From the NCBI GenBank assembly GCA_964016885.1, contig OZ024758.1, positions 39,680,001 through 39,744,000 of the forward strand: a DNA stretch of 64,000 nt, in the 5' to 3' direction. The notes under the pieces are model-generated. The model was not told the DNA's origin and did no database searches. It was given only the letters and a program-made list of their open reading frames with translations. This DNA is from Eledone cirrhosa. Its lineage: Eukaryota. Positions 12,863 through 25,879 of this stretch are shown here, piece by piece. How positions within the stretch are numbered: the stretch's first letter is position 1; each line of letters starts with the position of its first letter. Made by a program: the position numbers and the translations under genes.

Positions 12863-12973
12863 CTCAGAGTACTCAATACTTAGGGTAGAAGAGTGGGTAA
12901 TAGGAAAAGAGCCAGGAACCCAACAGCTGAGCTCCGGCCAGAGATCAGCAGTTGGGGTCCTGACTCTTTTCCT

Positions 12974-13016
<43 letters not shown>

Positions 13017-13232
13017 TAAATGGAAACTATATTTATAAAACCATATTTATTTTATTATACATATTTCAAGGCAACCAAGGCAAACTGTTGAGTGCTTTAT
13101 ATCAGTTATAAACATTTTTAAGCTTATTGAATCCCAACAAATTAAATATAACCTCTGCATATATATATATATATATATATAAAATATTAAACAAATAATG
13201 AACAAACAATTCCTTATATTAAACAAAAAAAG

Positions 13233-13387
13233 TTCACTATTTAACGATCGTTTCTAGGGTATATATGTGTTATAATTGGTATGCATATTTAACAGATCTA
13301 TGTACAAAATTATACAAAATTATACAAATTATCAAGATTAAATATACATACCTAACTCATATATACGCCGTCTTCAGAAATAATGAA
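13233..13387 (-). ncRNA. Hammerhead ribozyme, family A (PLE pLTR), extended stem II
   Basis: UUCAUUAUUU-CUGAAGA-~116-nt hairpin-GAAAC-GAUC-GUU^AAAUAGUGAA. 10-bp stem I and palindromic AACGAUCGUU. Confidence 0.75.
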
Positions 13388-14154
13388 GTATATTTATTGA
13401 TAATAACAACAATTCAAAATATCAGTTCAAAATTGACCAATGAAAACACAAAGGGTTAAAAGCAGTTTGGTGTGTGTATATACATGTAAAAACCTTACAC
13501 ATATTTTACAATAATGTGTGTATAATTTGTATGTGCATACTAAAAAGATGGATGCAAACACAAAATTTCAAGGTTAATATCTCTGTAAGCTTAATGCGCT
13601 GATAAGATACGCAATGATACTTATGGAGTCAAGCATATAAATATATTTTTTTCATACTCACACATATCAGTATAATCACACATACATGTGCGTATATGCA
13701 TAAATATACACATAACTACGAACATACAAACACACACACTCCCCCACTCACATTTATATATGTGGATATAAAATCATAAGCAAATAGAAATTAAGTCACT
13801 CACATAAAAACACTGGCACACACATTTCAAGATCAAGATACAGAAATTAGGTGGGAGGGGGGGGAGGGGTCAGTATTAGATTGTCAGACCAGACTGCCTA
13901 ATATAAATGTATCTATAAATTAAGAAAAATAAAAAAATAAAAACAATAAAATATAATAAATATAATATAATGTACATACACATACAGATATACATACACA
14001 TACATACATGTACGCGCACATAGAGATATCTACACATACATACATACACACATAACTATACAGTCATACACACACATACATTTACACGAACATACACATA
14101 CACATATAAAAAGATATAAATACACACACACTCACACGCAACACATACACACAT

Positions 14155-14213
<59 letters not shown>

Positions 14214-14541
14214 TAGACTCATATATATATATATACATATACATATATATATATAAACATATATATCCACACACTCATACCACCATAAATACACATACAA
14301 ACACCCACATGTATATATATATATATATATATATATCCACATACACACACGTACACATATATATATATATACATATATACACATACATATATATATATAC
14401 ACACACATAAAAAACAGACATGCACATATATATATATATATATATATATTTCATTACTCTTATATATACACATAGTATATATACATACACAACCTCACTT
14501 ATACACATATACACATAAGTTATATTACAATAATAATAAAG

Positions 14542-14582
<41 letters not shown>

Positions 14583-14732
14583 TATATACATATATATATA
14601 TATATACATACATACATACACATACATACATACACATAAATATATACATACATAAATACACACATACGAATAAAGACATATATTCACACATAGACACCTA
14701 TATACACATATATATATATATATATATATATC

Positions 14733-14780
<48 letters not shown>

Positions 14781-16315
14781 CACACACACACACACACACA
14801 GACACACATACACACTCACATATATATATATATATATGTGTATGTGAGTGTGCGCAAATACACATATATATACACACACACATACAAACACACACAAACA
14901 CATACATATGCATACGTGCACACACACACACATATATCACATAGATACGAAGATAAACATATAAATAGAGAGACATACAAATATATACAGAACCCATATA
15001 CACATACATACAAACACGCATATACATATACATACATATATACACATATATATATTCCTATATACAAGCATACACATACATACACATATATACATATACA
15101 TACACATATACATACCACACATTCACATACACATACATATATAATACATATATATACATATATATACATACATATGTATGTACAATCATATATACACACT
15201 CAATCTTACATTCATATTTACATGCTCATATATGTATTTTTATATTTAGAAATAAATACCAAAACCTATATAGACACCCACCTACACATATATTCATACA
15301 TATACGCTTACAAAAACAGATGATAATAGTATGGGGGAAAGGGGGGGTTTGGAGAAGGGGATCAAAGTAAATATATGTTTCAAGAAACATATAATATTTT
15401 CCGTATCTTAATTCAATGTATGTTCTTACATATTTTCAGTGCTAGGAAATACGAAATCTATGCATCTCAAAATAAAAAAGTATACCATTAATCATATGTT
15501 AACTAAACCAAAGATAGTCAACATATTGATTTCCAAGGTGTAAATTAGTTAGGTTTATAATATTTGAAGCAGAATTATGAAGTCAAACAGTAGTAGATTA
15601 TTAATTACATTATAACTAAATTAAAGTTAATAACGTTATGGTATCAATATTAGGAGATGAATTTAGTAATAGGGAAAAGAAACCCAAATAAAAATAAAAT
15701 AAAGTATTACATCGGTAGTAGCATATAAATTATATGTTAACTAAATTAAAAATTATATATTTATTTCAATAGTATACGTTAATTAGTATATGTTAATTAG
15801 GTATACAATACATAAAGCAGATATTGTATTTCATCAATAGCATAATATAATTATATGCAAATAAAAATCAAAATTAATACGCATACATATACATATACAT
15901 ACACATACACATATATATACATATACACACATATATATATATATATACACATATATACACATACATACATATATACTCACATAAATATACATACAGATAC
16001 ATATACAACACACACATATACATATACATATAGATATACATATCTTTTTCAAAAAATTGCACAGAATATATTAACTAGGTATATATCCCAAACACATCCC
16101 ATTCTATGATTACATGACATTCTGCAATTCGTCTGTACAAGGGTACTAATTTTAAGCAAATTAAAATTAAAGTTTTAGGTTGATTAAAACTAAAACCAAA
16201 TAATAAATATATTTCCAAAATGTATATTAATTAGGTCTATAATACTAAAAATTCTTTCTCCGTCATTGGATACATGATATTATTTTGTTATATTTTATCT
16301 GTAAAAGAATTATAA

Positions 16316-16346
<31 letters not shown>

Positions 16347-16542
16347 ATAATAAAAGGTTAAAATAAATTAAAATTAATATTAATCTATAAATTAAATTAC
16401 TGAGTATATATTATAGTAATATTTAAAGGTTTTTCAAAATTTATGATTACATAATATTTTCTCATCTATAATAAAATATTAATTAAATTAAATTTATAGG
16501 TTAACTAACATTTAAATTAAATTAAATTCTAGAATAATGTTA

Positions 16543-18981
16543 TTAATTAGGTTTATAATATTTAAATGTTTTTTTTAGTTTATGATTACACGATATAATT
16601 AATTCCTGTCTTTTATTTAATAAGATATCCCTAGACTTCATTATTTCAAATAGTTCTTGGGAACATAATCTACATTCCTTTCTATTATTTTGATAAGGGG
16701 TGGCTCTTTTGAGCACACTCCAGGTCAAATCATATTTTATATTTTTATTTTTATAACTATTGATTTTTTCTGCTAGAGATGTTGTATTAGCCAGTGCGGC
16801 ATTTTTAAAGCTATGTTTGTGGGTATTATACCTTGTCTTAAAATTGTTAGAGGTAGCTCCTATATATGAGCAAATAGAATCTTTAGTTTTAACATTACAT
16901 TTATAGACTATGTTGTTAACAAGACAATTCCCTTTTAATGGGCAGTTTGTTTTGTTTCTACAGTTACATCCTTTCGTTAATTCTGTATTTGAGGAGATAT
17001 TATTGTTAATTTGATGTACTGGTGGTATACTTATGGTTTTCTTACATTTATATGCATTATATGCACTTATATTTTGTTTTATGTTATTTGTTGTAGAGTA
17101 TGAGAATTTAACTGTAGACCTATTTAAGATTTGATGGTATTTGTGGTTTGGCGGGAAGTTTTTCTCAAGGATATAAAAAAATTTTTTAGCAATATTATCC
17201 TTAACTTGTAAATTAAAAGGAGCATTATACCAAGTAACTCGTCTATTACGGTTTCTATGTTGTTTATTATTATTATTTTTATATGTTGTATCATGATTTT
17301 TACTAGGAGGATTAATGTTAATGATCTCACCACAACTATTTTTAGTTATATTTGTAGATTTCGGTGTTTTATCTTTTTTATTAGGAGTTTTATTATTAAT
17401 ATTTATTATAGTTGTATGATGAGTAGTTTTTTGAGGGTTACTATACTTTATATTAGAAGATTTAGTATTTTGGGGTATACTGTGGGTGGCATTTAGGTGT
17501 GTACTTTTCATTTGGTGTTTGTTGGTAATATTATGCTGTATGCTTTCAGTATTTTTAGTAGAAGGTATATACTCTAATCTATTTTTGTGGCCACTTCTAT
17601 CTAGAGCTTCATTATAAAAGGTCGCATTTTTATCAAATACATCTTGGTTAGAAGAAAGGTTAGAAATTCTAAGTGATATATTATATGCAAGGTTTTTAAG
17701 GATAGATTTAGGGTGATTAGATTGTGAGTGTATGTAATGTAAGTTTTGGTTAGGTTTATGGTAAGGTTGGTATATACCCGTAACTAAATCTAAAGTTATA
17801 TCTAGGAAATTTACTACTTTACTTGTTTTTTCAAAAGTAATATTAAGATTATAATAGTCTTTAAGGAAAGTTCTAATATGCTTTTTGTTTTTTTCGATTT
17901 CTGAAAGGCTAAGGTTGTTAGAAAGAAGAAGACAGTCATCACGATATAAACCACCTTTGAGGTGGGGAAAAGAGGCATTTATGTTGAAAAGGAGAAAGAG
18001 GCCCACAAGATCAGTAATTTGGGCGGAATCGCTTGAACCCATAGTAATAGCAAAAAGATTACTGTATGTGTTTCTGGTCCAGTATTCATTCTGAAATTCA
18101 ATAAGTGTTTGTCTAGCATGTGTAATAATGTTAATGTCATCCGAAGTTAAATTAGATCTATTTTTAGCAAATATTAATGCTTTGTTCAGGAGTATGGGTG
18201 ATATAGAAGAATAGTAATTATCTATATCAAATTGTAGGAAAGAAGCAGAAGATTTACACTTAATATTTTTAAACCAATTAATTACCTGGGAGGTGTTTTC
18301 CCAGAGTGGTAAAATAACGTATTTTCTTATTTGTGGGATGACTCTATCTAAAATTTTTTTGCTAATTATTCCAATATCTGATTTGGAGGGACATATAAGT
18401 CTAATAGAAGGATTAGAGTTAAAGTTAGATTTGTGATCTTTCAGGTTGAAGTGTGGTCTTTTCAATGCCAAAGGTTCAGTTCTATCTTCAATATTTAGTT
18501 TTTTTACTATGTTGTGTGTTTTGTTGTTGATGTTGGTGAGTGACACATTATTAGATTTTTTATAATTTTTTCTGAGTTCTTTATATATGAACTCATTATA
18601 ATGTTCAATATCCATATGATACAAGTTACCAGTTTTGTCCGAGTGGACATGGATTTTTTTAGACTTTTTTAGGTCCAATAGGGTAGAATCAAGGTCCTTT
18701 TGAAAGACGGATTTATACTTTTTAAATTTGAGGTGTTTAATTAAATTAAAAAGGTCTTTCTCGAAGTCTTCAAGTAAAAAGTTGTGTGGTGGATTCTTGT
18801 AAGTGTTGAAATCATACATATATTTCCGATCTGCTTGTTTAGATTTTCTATCGAAGTGGTAGGCTCTCCATCTAACCCTTCTGATAAAATTATTAGTTTT
18901 CTGAATCATAAGGAGTAAGAAGTCGTCCTTAGAAGGTATTGGTATGTTTTTTAAGGAGGTTCCTAAATATTGTTTTTCCAT
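16543..18981 (-). CDS. Penelope-like polyprotein: reverse transcriptase plus GIY-YIG endonuclease (812 aa from the first ATG)
   Basis: N-terminal SLKNIPIPS; RT motifs LKDHK, FDIDNYYSSI, TMGS..SAQI.DLVG, LYRDD, VNFLDITL; CNC-x5-CPL-x3-C linker; IVYKC...YIG, R-Y..H, CRLC, CNH. No stop codons. Confidence 0.93.
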   Translation of the reverse strand: MEKQYLGTSLKNIPIPSKDDFLLLMIQKTNNFIRRVRWRAYHFDRKSKQADRKYMYDFNTYKNPPHNFLLEDFEKDLFNLIKHLKFKKYKSVFQKDLDSTLLDLKKSKKIHVHSDKTGNLYHMDIEHYNEFIYKELRKNYKKSNNVSLTNINNKTHNIVKKLNIEDRTEPLALKRPHFNLKDHKSNFNSNPSIRLICPSKSDIGIISKKILDRVIPQIRKYVILPLWENTSQVINWFKNIKCKSSASFLQFDIDNYYSSISPILLNKALIFAKNRSNLTSDDINIITHARQTLIEFQNEYWTRNTYSNLFAITMGSSDSAQITDLVGLFLLFNINASFPHLKGGLYRDDCLLLSNNLSLSEIEKNKKHIRTFLKDYYNLNITFEKTSKVVNFLDITLDLVTGIYQPYHKPNQNLHYIHSQSNHPKSILKNLAYNISLRISNLSSNQDVFDKNATFYNEALDRSGHKNRLEYIPSTKNTESIQHNITNKHQMKSTHLNATHSIPQNTKSSNIKYSNPQKTTHHTTIININNKTPNKKDKTPKSTNITKNSCGEIININPPSKNHDTTYKNNNNKQHRNRNRRVTWYNAPFNLQVKDNIAKKFFYILEKNFPPNHKYHQILNRSTVKFSYSTTNNIKQNISAYNAYKCKKTISIPPVHQINNNISSNTELTKGCNCRNKTNCPLKGNCLVNNIVYKCNVKTKDSICSYIGATSNNFKTRYNTHKHSFKNAALANTTSLAEKINSYKNKNIKYDLTWSVLKRATPYQNNRKECRLCSQELFEIMKSRDILLNKRQELIISCNHKLKKTFKYYKPN

Positions 18982-19325
18982 TGTGATATGGATGATGGAC
19001 AATTGAAAGAGCTCAACTAAATGTATATGGGTTTACAAAATCATACATATATATATGTTTATACATAAATATAAAATTAATACACACATACAGTACAAAA
19101 ATACGAATATTTCCGTGAAAATAGGAGCAAAATTATGTAGATAAATCTACCAAGAGTTTACGGTAGTGTCCAATCCGTATGAAGAACTCAATGTATTCCG
19201 GATATCATGGAAAGAAGAGATGTAATGAAAATCCACTTTCGGTGAAAGATAAACGGTATACAGAGTCAAGATAAAATATTAAACAAATAATGAACAAACA
19301 ATTCCTTATATTAAACAAAAAAAGG

Positions 19326-19480
19326 TTCACTATTTAACGATCGTTTCTAGGGTATATATGTGTTATAATTGGTATGCATATTTAACAGATCTATGTACAA
19401 AATTATACAAAATTATACAAATTATCAAGATTAAATATACATACCTAACTCATATATACGCCGTCTTCAGAAATAATGAA
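19326..19480 (-). ncRNA. Hammerhead ribozyme, family A (upstream pLTR)
   Basis: Same sequence as 13233-13387, 6093 bp away in direct orientation, bracketing the ORF. Confidence 0.75.
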
Positions 19481-20247
19481 GTATATTTATTGATAATAAC
19501 AACAATTCAAAATATCAGTTCAAAATTGACCAATGAAAACACAAAGGGTTAAAAGCAGTTTGGTGTGTGTATATACATGTAAAAACCTTACACATATTTT
19601 ACAATAATGTGTGTATAATTTGTATGTGCATACTAAAAAGATGGATGCAAACACAAAATTTCAAGGTTAATATCTCTGTAAGCTTAATGCGCTGATAAGA
19701 TACGCAATGATACTTATGGAGTCAAGCATATAAATATATTTTTTTCATACTCACACATATCAGTATAATCACACATACATGTGCGTATATGCATAAATAT
19801 ACACATAACTACGAACATACAAACACACACACTCCCCCACTCACATTTATATATGTGGATATAAAATCATAAGCAAATAGAAATTAAGTCACTCACATAA
19901 AAACACTGGCACACACATTTCAAGATCAAGATACAGAAATTAGGTGGGAGGGGGGGGGGGGGTCAGTATTAGATTGTCAGACCAGACTGCCTAATATAAA
20001 TGTATCTATAAATTAAGAAAAATAAAAAAATAAAAACAATAAAATATAATAAATATAATATAATGTACATACACATACAGATATACATACACATACATAC
20101 ATGTACGCGCACATAGAGATATCTACACATACATACATACACACATAACTATACAGTCATACACACACATACATTTACACGAACATACACATACACATAT
20201 AAAAAGATATAAATACACACACACTCACACGCAACACATACACACAT

Positions 20248-20306
<59 letters not shown>

Positions 20307-20333
20307 TAGACTCATATATATATATATACATAT

Positions 20334-21976
20334 ACAAAGCATTAATATTTGCTAAAAATAGATCTAATTTAACTTCGGATGACATTAACATTATTACACA
20401 TGCTAGACAAACACTTATTGAATTTCAGAATGAATACTGGACCAGAAACACATACAGTAATCTTTTTGATATTACTATGGGTTCAAGCGATTCCGCCCAA
20501 ATTACTGATCTTGTGGGCCTCTTTCTCCTTTTCAACATAAATGCCTCTTTTCCCCACCTCAAAGGTGGTTTATATCGTGATGACTGTCTTCTTCTTTCTA
20601 ACAACCTTAGCCTTTCAGAAATCGAAAAAAACAAAAAGCATATTAGAACTTTCCTTAAAGACTATTATAATCTTAATATTACTTTTGAAAAAACAAGTAA
20701 AGTAGTAAATTTCCTAGATATAACTTTAGATTTAGTTACGGGTATATACCAACCTTACCATAAACCTAACCAAAACTTACATTACATACACTCACAATCT
20801 AATCACCCTAAATCTATCCTTAAAAACCTTGCATATAATATATCACTTAGAATTTCTAACCTTTCTTCTAACCAAGATGTATTTGATAAAAATGCGACCT
20901 TTTATAATGAAGCTCTAGATAGAAGTGGCCACAAAAATAGATTAGAGTATATACCTTCTACTAAAAATACTGAAAGCATACAGCATAATATTACCAACAA
21001 ACACCAAATGAAAAGTACACACCTAAATGCCACCCACAGTATACCCCAAAATACTAAATCTTCTAATATAAAGTATAGTAACCCTCAAAAAACTACTCAT
21101 CATACAACTATAATAAATATTAATAATAAAACTCCTAATAAAAAAGATAAAACACCTAAATCTACAAATATAACTAAAAATAGTTGTGGTGAGATCATTA
21201 ACATTAATCCTCCTAGTAAAAATCATGATACAACATATAAAAATAATAATAATAAACAACATAGAAACCGTAATAGACGAGTTACTTGGTATAATGCTCC
21301 TTTTAATTTACAAGTTAAGGATAATATTGCTAAAAAATTTTTTTATATCCTTGAGAAAAACTTCCCGCCAAACCACAAATACCATCAAATCTTAAATAGG
21401 TCTACAGTTAAATTCTCATACTCTACAACAAATAACATAAAACAAAATATAAGTGCATATAATGCATATAAATGTAAGAAAACCATAAGTATACCACCAG
21501 TACATCAAATTAACAATAATATCTCCTCAAATACAGAATTAACGAAAGGATGTAACTGTAGAAACAAAACAAACTGCCCATTAAAAGGGAATTGTCTTGT
21601 TAACAACATAGTCTATAAATGTAATGTTAAAACTAAAGATTCTATTTGCTCATATATAGGAGCTACCTCTAACAATTTTAAGACAAGGTATAATACCCAC
21701 AAACATAGCTTTAAAAATGCCGCACTGGCTAATACAACATCTCTAGCAGAAAAAATCAATAGTTATAAAAATAAAAATATAAAATATGATTTGACCTGGA
21801 GTGTGCTCAAAAGAGCCACCCCTTATCAAAATAATAGAAAGGAATGTAGATTATGTTCCCAAGAACTATTTGAAATAATGAAGTCTAGGGATATCTTATT
21901 AAATAAAAGACAGGAATTAATTATATCGTGTAATCATAAACTAAAAAAAACATTTAAATATTATAAACCTAATTAA
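20334..21976 (+). pseudogene. 5'-truncated inverted copy of the PLE ORF (partial RT plus GIY-YIG)
   Basis: Near-identical reverse complement of 18185-16543; starts mid-RT. Confidence 0.92.
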
Positions 21977-22172
21977 TAACATTATTCTAGAATTTAATTT
22001 AATTTAAATGTTAGTTAACCTATAAATTTAATTTAATTAATATTTTATTATAGATGAGAAAATATTATGTAATCATAAATTTTGAAAAACCTTTAAATAT
22101 TACTATAATATATACTCAGTAATTTAATTTATAGATTAATATTAATTTTAATTTATTTTAACCTTTTATTAT

Positions 22173-22203
<31 letters not shown>

Positions 22204-23738
22204 TTATAATTCTTTTACAGATAAAATATAACAAAATAATATCATGTATCCAATGACGGAGAAAGAATTTTTAGTATTATAGACCTAATTAATATACATT
22301 TTGGAAATATATTTATTATTTGGTTTTAGTTTTAATCAACCTAAAACTTTAATTTTAATTTGCTTAAAATTAGTATCCTTGTACAGACGAATTGCAGAAT
22401 GTCATGTAATCATAGAATGGGATGTGTTTGGGATATATACCTAGTTAATATATTCTGTGCAATTTTTTGAAAAAGATATGTATATCTATATGTATATGTA
22501 TATGTGTGTGTTGTATATGTATCTGTATGTATATTTATGTGAGTATATATGTATGTATGTGTATATATGTGTATATATATATATATATGTGTGTATATGT
22601 ATATATATGTGTATGTGTATGTATATGTATATGTATGCGTATTAATTTTGATTTTTATTTGCATATAATTATATTATGCTATTGATGAAATACAATATCT
22701 GCTTTATGTATTGTATACCTAATTAACATATACTAATTAACGTATACTATTGAAATAAATATATAATTTTTAATTTAGTTAACATATAATTTATATGCTA
22801 CTACCGATGTAATACTTTATTTTATTTTTATTTGGGTTTCTTTTCCCTATTACTAAATTCATCTCCTAATATTGATACCATAACGTTATTAACTTTAATT
22901 TAGTTATAATGTAATTAATAATCTACTACTGTTTGACTTCATAATTCTGCTTCAAATATTATAAACCTAACTAATTTACACCTTGGAAATCAATATGTTG
23001 ACTATCTTTGGTTTAGTTAACATATGATTAATGGTATACTTTTTTATTTTGAGATGCATAGATTTCGTATTTCCTAGCACTGAAAATATGTAAGAACATA
23101 CATTGAATTAAGATACGGAAAATATTATATGTTTCTTGAAACATATATTTACTTTGATCCCCTTCTCCAAACCCCCCCTTTCCCCCATACTATTATCATC
23201 TGTTTTTGTAAGCGTATATGTATGAATATATGTGTAGGTGGGTGTCTATATAGGTTTTGGTATTTATTTCTAAATATAAAAATACATATATGAGCATGTA
23301 AATATGAATGTAAGATTGAGTGTGTATATATGATTGTACATACATATGTATGTATATATATGTATATATATGTATTATATATGTATGTGTATGTGAATGT
23401 GTGGTATGTATATGTGTATGTATATGTATATATGTGTATGTATGTGTATGCTTGTATATAGGAATATATATATGTGTATATATGTATGTATATGTATATG
23501 CGTGTTTGTATGTATGTGTATATGGGTTCTGTATATATTTGTATGTCTCTCTATTTATATGTTTATCTTCGTATCTATGTGATATATGTGTGTGTGTGTG
23601 CACGTATGCATATGTATGTGTTTGTGTGTGTTTGTATGTGTGTGTGTATATATATGTGTATTTGCGCACACTCACATACACATATATATATATATATATG
23701 TGAGTGTGTATGTGTGTCTGTGTGTGTGTGTGTGTGTG

Positions 23739-23786
<48 letters not shown>

Positions 23787-23936
23787 GATATATATATATA
23801 TATATATATATGTGTATATAGGTGTCTATGTGTGAATATATGTCTTTATTCGTATGTGTGTATTTATGTATGTATATATTTATGTGTATGTATGTATGTG
23901 TATGTATGTATGTATATATATATATATATGTATATA

Positions 23937-23977
<41 letters not shown>

Positions 23978-24307
23978 CTTTATTATTATTGTAATATAAC
24001 TTATGTGTATATGTGTATAAGTGAGGTTGTGTATGTATATATACTATGTGTATATATAAGAGTAATGAAATATATATATATATATATATATATGTGCATG
24101 TCTGTTTTTTATGTGTGTGTATATATATATATATGTATGTGTATATATGTATATATATATATATGTGTACGTGTGTGTATGTGGATATATATATATATAT
24201 ATATATATACATGTGGGTGTTTGTATGTGTATTTATGGTGGTATGAGTGTGTGGATATATATGTTTATATATATATATGTATATGTATATATATATATAT
24301 GAGTCTA

Positions 24308-24360
<53 letters not shown>

Positions 24361-25129
24361 ATGTGTGTATGTGTTGCGTGTGAGTGTGTGTGTATTTATA
24401 TCTTTTTATATGTGTATGTGTATGTTCGTGTAAATGTATGTGTGTGTATGACTGTATAGTTATGTGTGTATGTATGTATGTGTAGATATCTCTATGTGCG
24501 CGTACATGTATGTATGTGTATGTATATCTGTATGTGTATGTACATTATATTATATTTATTATATTTTATTGTTTTTATTTTTTTATTTTTCTTAATTTAT
24601 AGATACATTTATATTAGGCAGTCTGGTCTGACAATCTAATACTGACCCCTCCCCCCCCCCTCCCACCTAATTTCTGTATCTTGATCTTGAAATGTGTGTG
24701 CCAGTGTTTTTATGTGAGTGACTTAATTTCTATTTGCTTATGATTTTATATCCACATATATAAATGTGAGTGGGGGAGTGTGTGTGTTTGTATGTTCGTA
24801 GTTATGTGTATATTTATGCATATACGCACATGTATGTGTGATTATACTGATATGTGTGAGTATGAAAAAAATATATTTATATGCTTGACTCCATAAGTAT
24901 CATTGCGTATCTTATCAGCGCATTAAGCTTACAGAGATATTAACCTTGAAATTTTGTGTTTGCATCCATCTTTTTAGTATGCACATACAAATTATACACA
25001 CATTATTGTAAAATATGTGTAAGGTTTTTACATGTATATACACACACCAAACTGCTTTTAACCCTTTGTGTTTTCATTGGTCAATTTTGAACTGATATTT
25101 TGAATTGTTGTTATTATCAATAAATATAC

Positions 25130-25284
25130 TTCATTATTTCTGAAGACGGCGTATATATGAGTTAGGTATGTATATTTAATCTTGATAATTTGTATAATTT
25201 TGTATAATTTTGTACATAGATCTGTTAAATATGCATACCAATTATAACACATATATACCCTAGAAACGATCGTTAAATAGTGAA
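25130..25284 (+). ncRNA. Hammerhead ribozyme, family A (inverted arm)
   Basis: CTGAAGA at 25140-25146, GAAAC at 25263-25267, predicted cleavage after GTT at 25274. Confidence 0.75.
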
Positions 25285-25879
25285 CTTTTTTTGTTTAATA
25301 TAAGGAATTGTTTGTTCATTATTTGTTTAATATTTTATCTTGACTCTGTATACCGTTTATCTTTCACCGAAAGTGGATTTTCATTACATCTCTTCTTTCC
25401 ATGATATCCGGAATACATTGAGTTCTTCATACGGATTGGACACTACCGTAAACTCTTGGTAGATTTATCTACATATATATATATATATATATAATACAAC
25501 ATTAGAATTACTACTACATTTTACTTTCTATCTCTCTGCCTCTTCCACTTTTAGTCTCCATTCTTCCCACTTTCTCTCTCTCCCTCTCTCTCTGTCTCTC
25601 TCACATCTCTTTCTCTCCCTCTATCTCCCTCTCTCGGTCTCTCTCGCCCCCTCTCTCTCTATCTCTCCTCCTGTCTCTCCCATACACTTACCTAAGGTCA
25701 TGTAATTTAACTGGGTGTGACTTTCTCTAAAAGTTAATACAAAGACTTGCTTTCAACTGACAGAAACATAGCTACGATGTTGCACACTCATATCATGTGT
25801 CTGTATGGCTGTCTGTCTGAACTTCATACAGAAATAAAAAACCCACACAACCAACATTCTGGGGTTGATAAAATATAAT

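Larger units (their letters stand above)
13181..25475. mobile_element. Penelope-like retroelement (Naiad-type), partial tandem plus inverted 5'-truncated copy, inserted in (TA)n
   Basis: Minus copy 13181-20336 with direct repeat 13181-14240 = 19273-20336. Plus copy 20334-25475 mirrors 18185-13181 and adds a tail mirroring 19272-19134. Empty site CCTCTGCA(TA)nATACAACATT seen at 6821-6870. Confidence 0.93.

Noticed and set aside
16543-18981. Selenoprotein-type Naiad ORF (in-frame UGA)
   Set aside because: The ORF is open throughout and the zinc-binding Cys residues use TGT/TGC.
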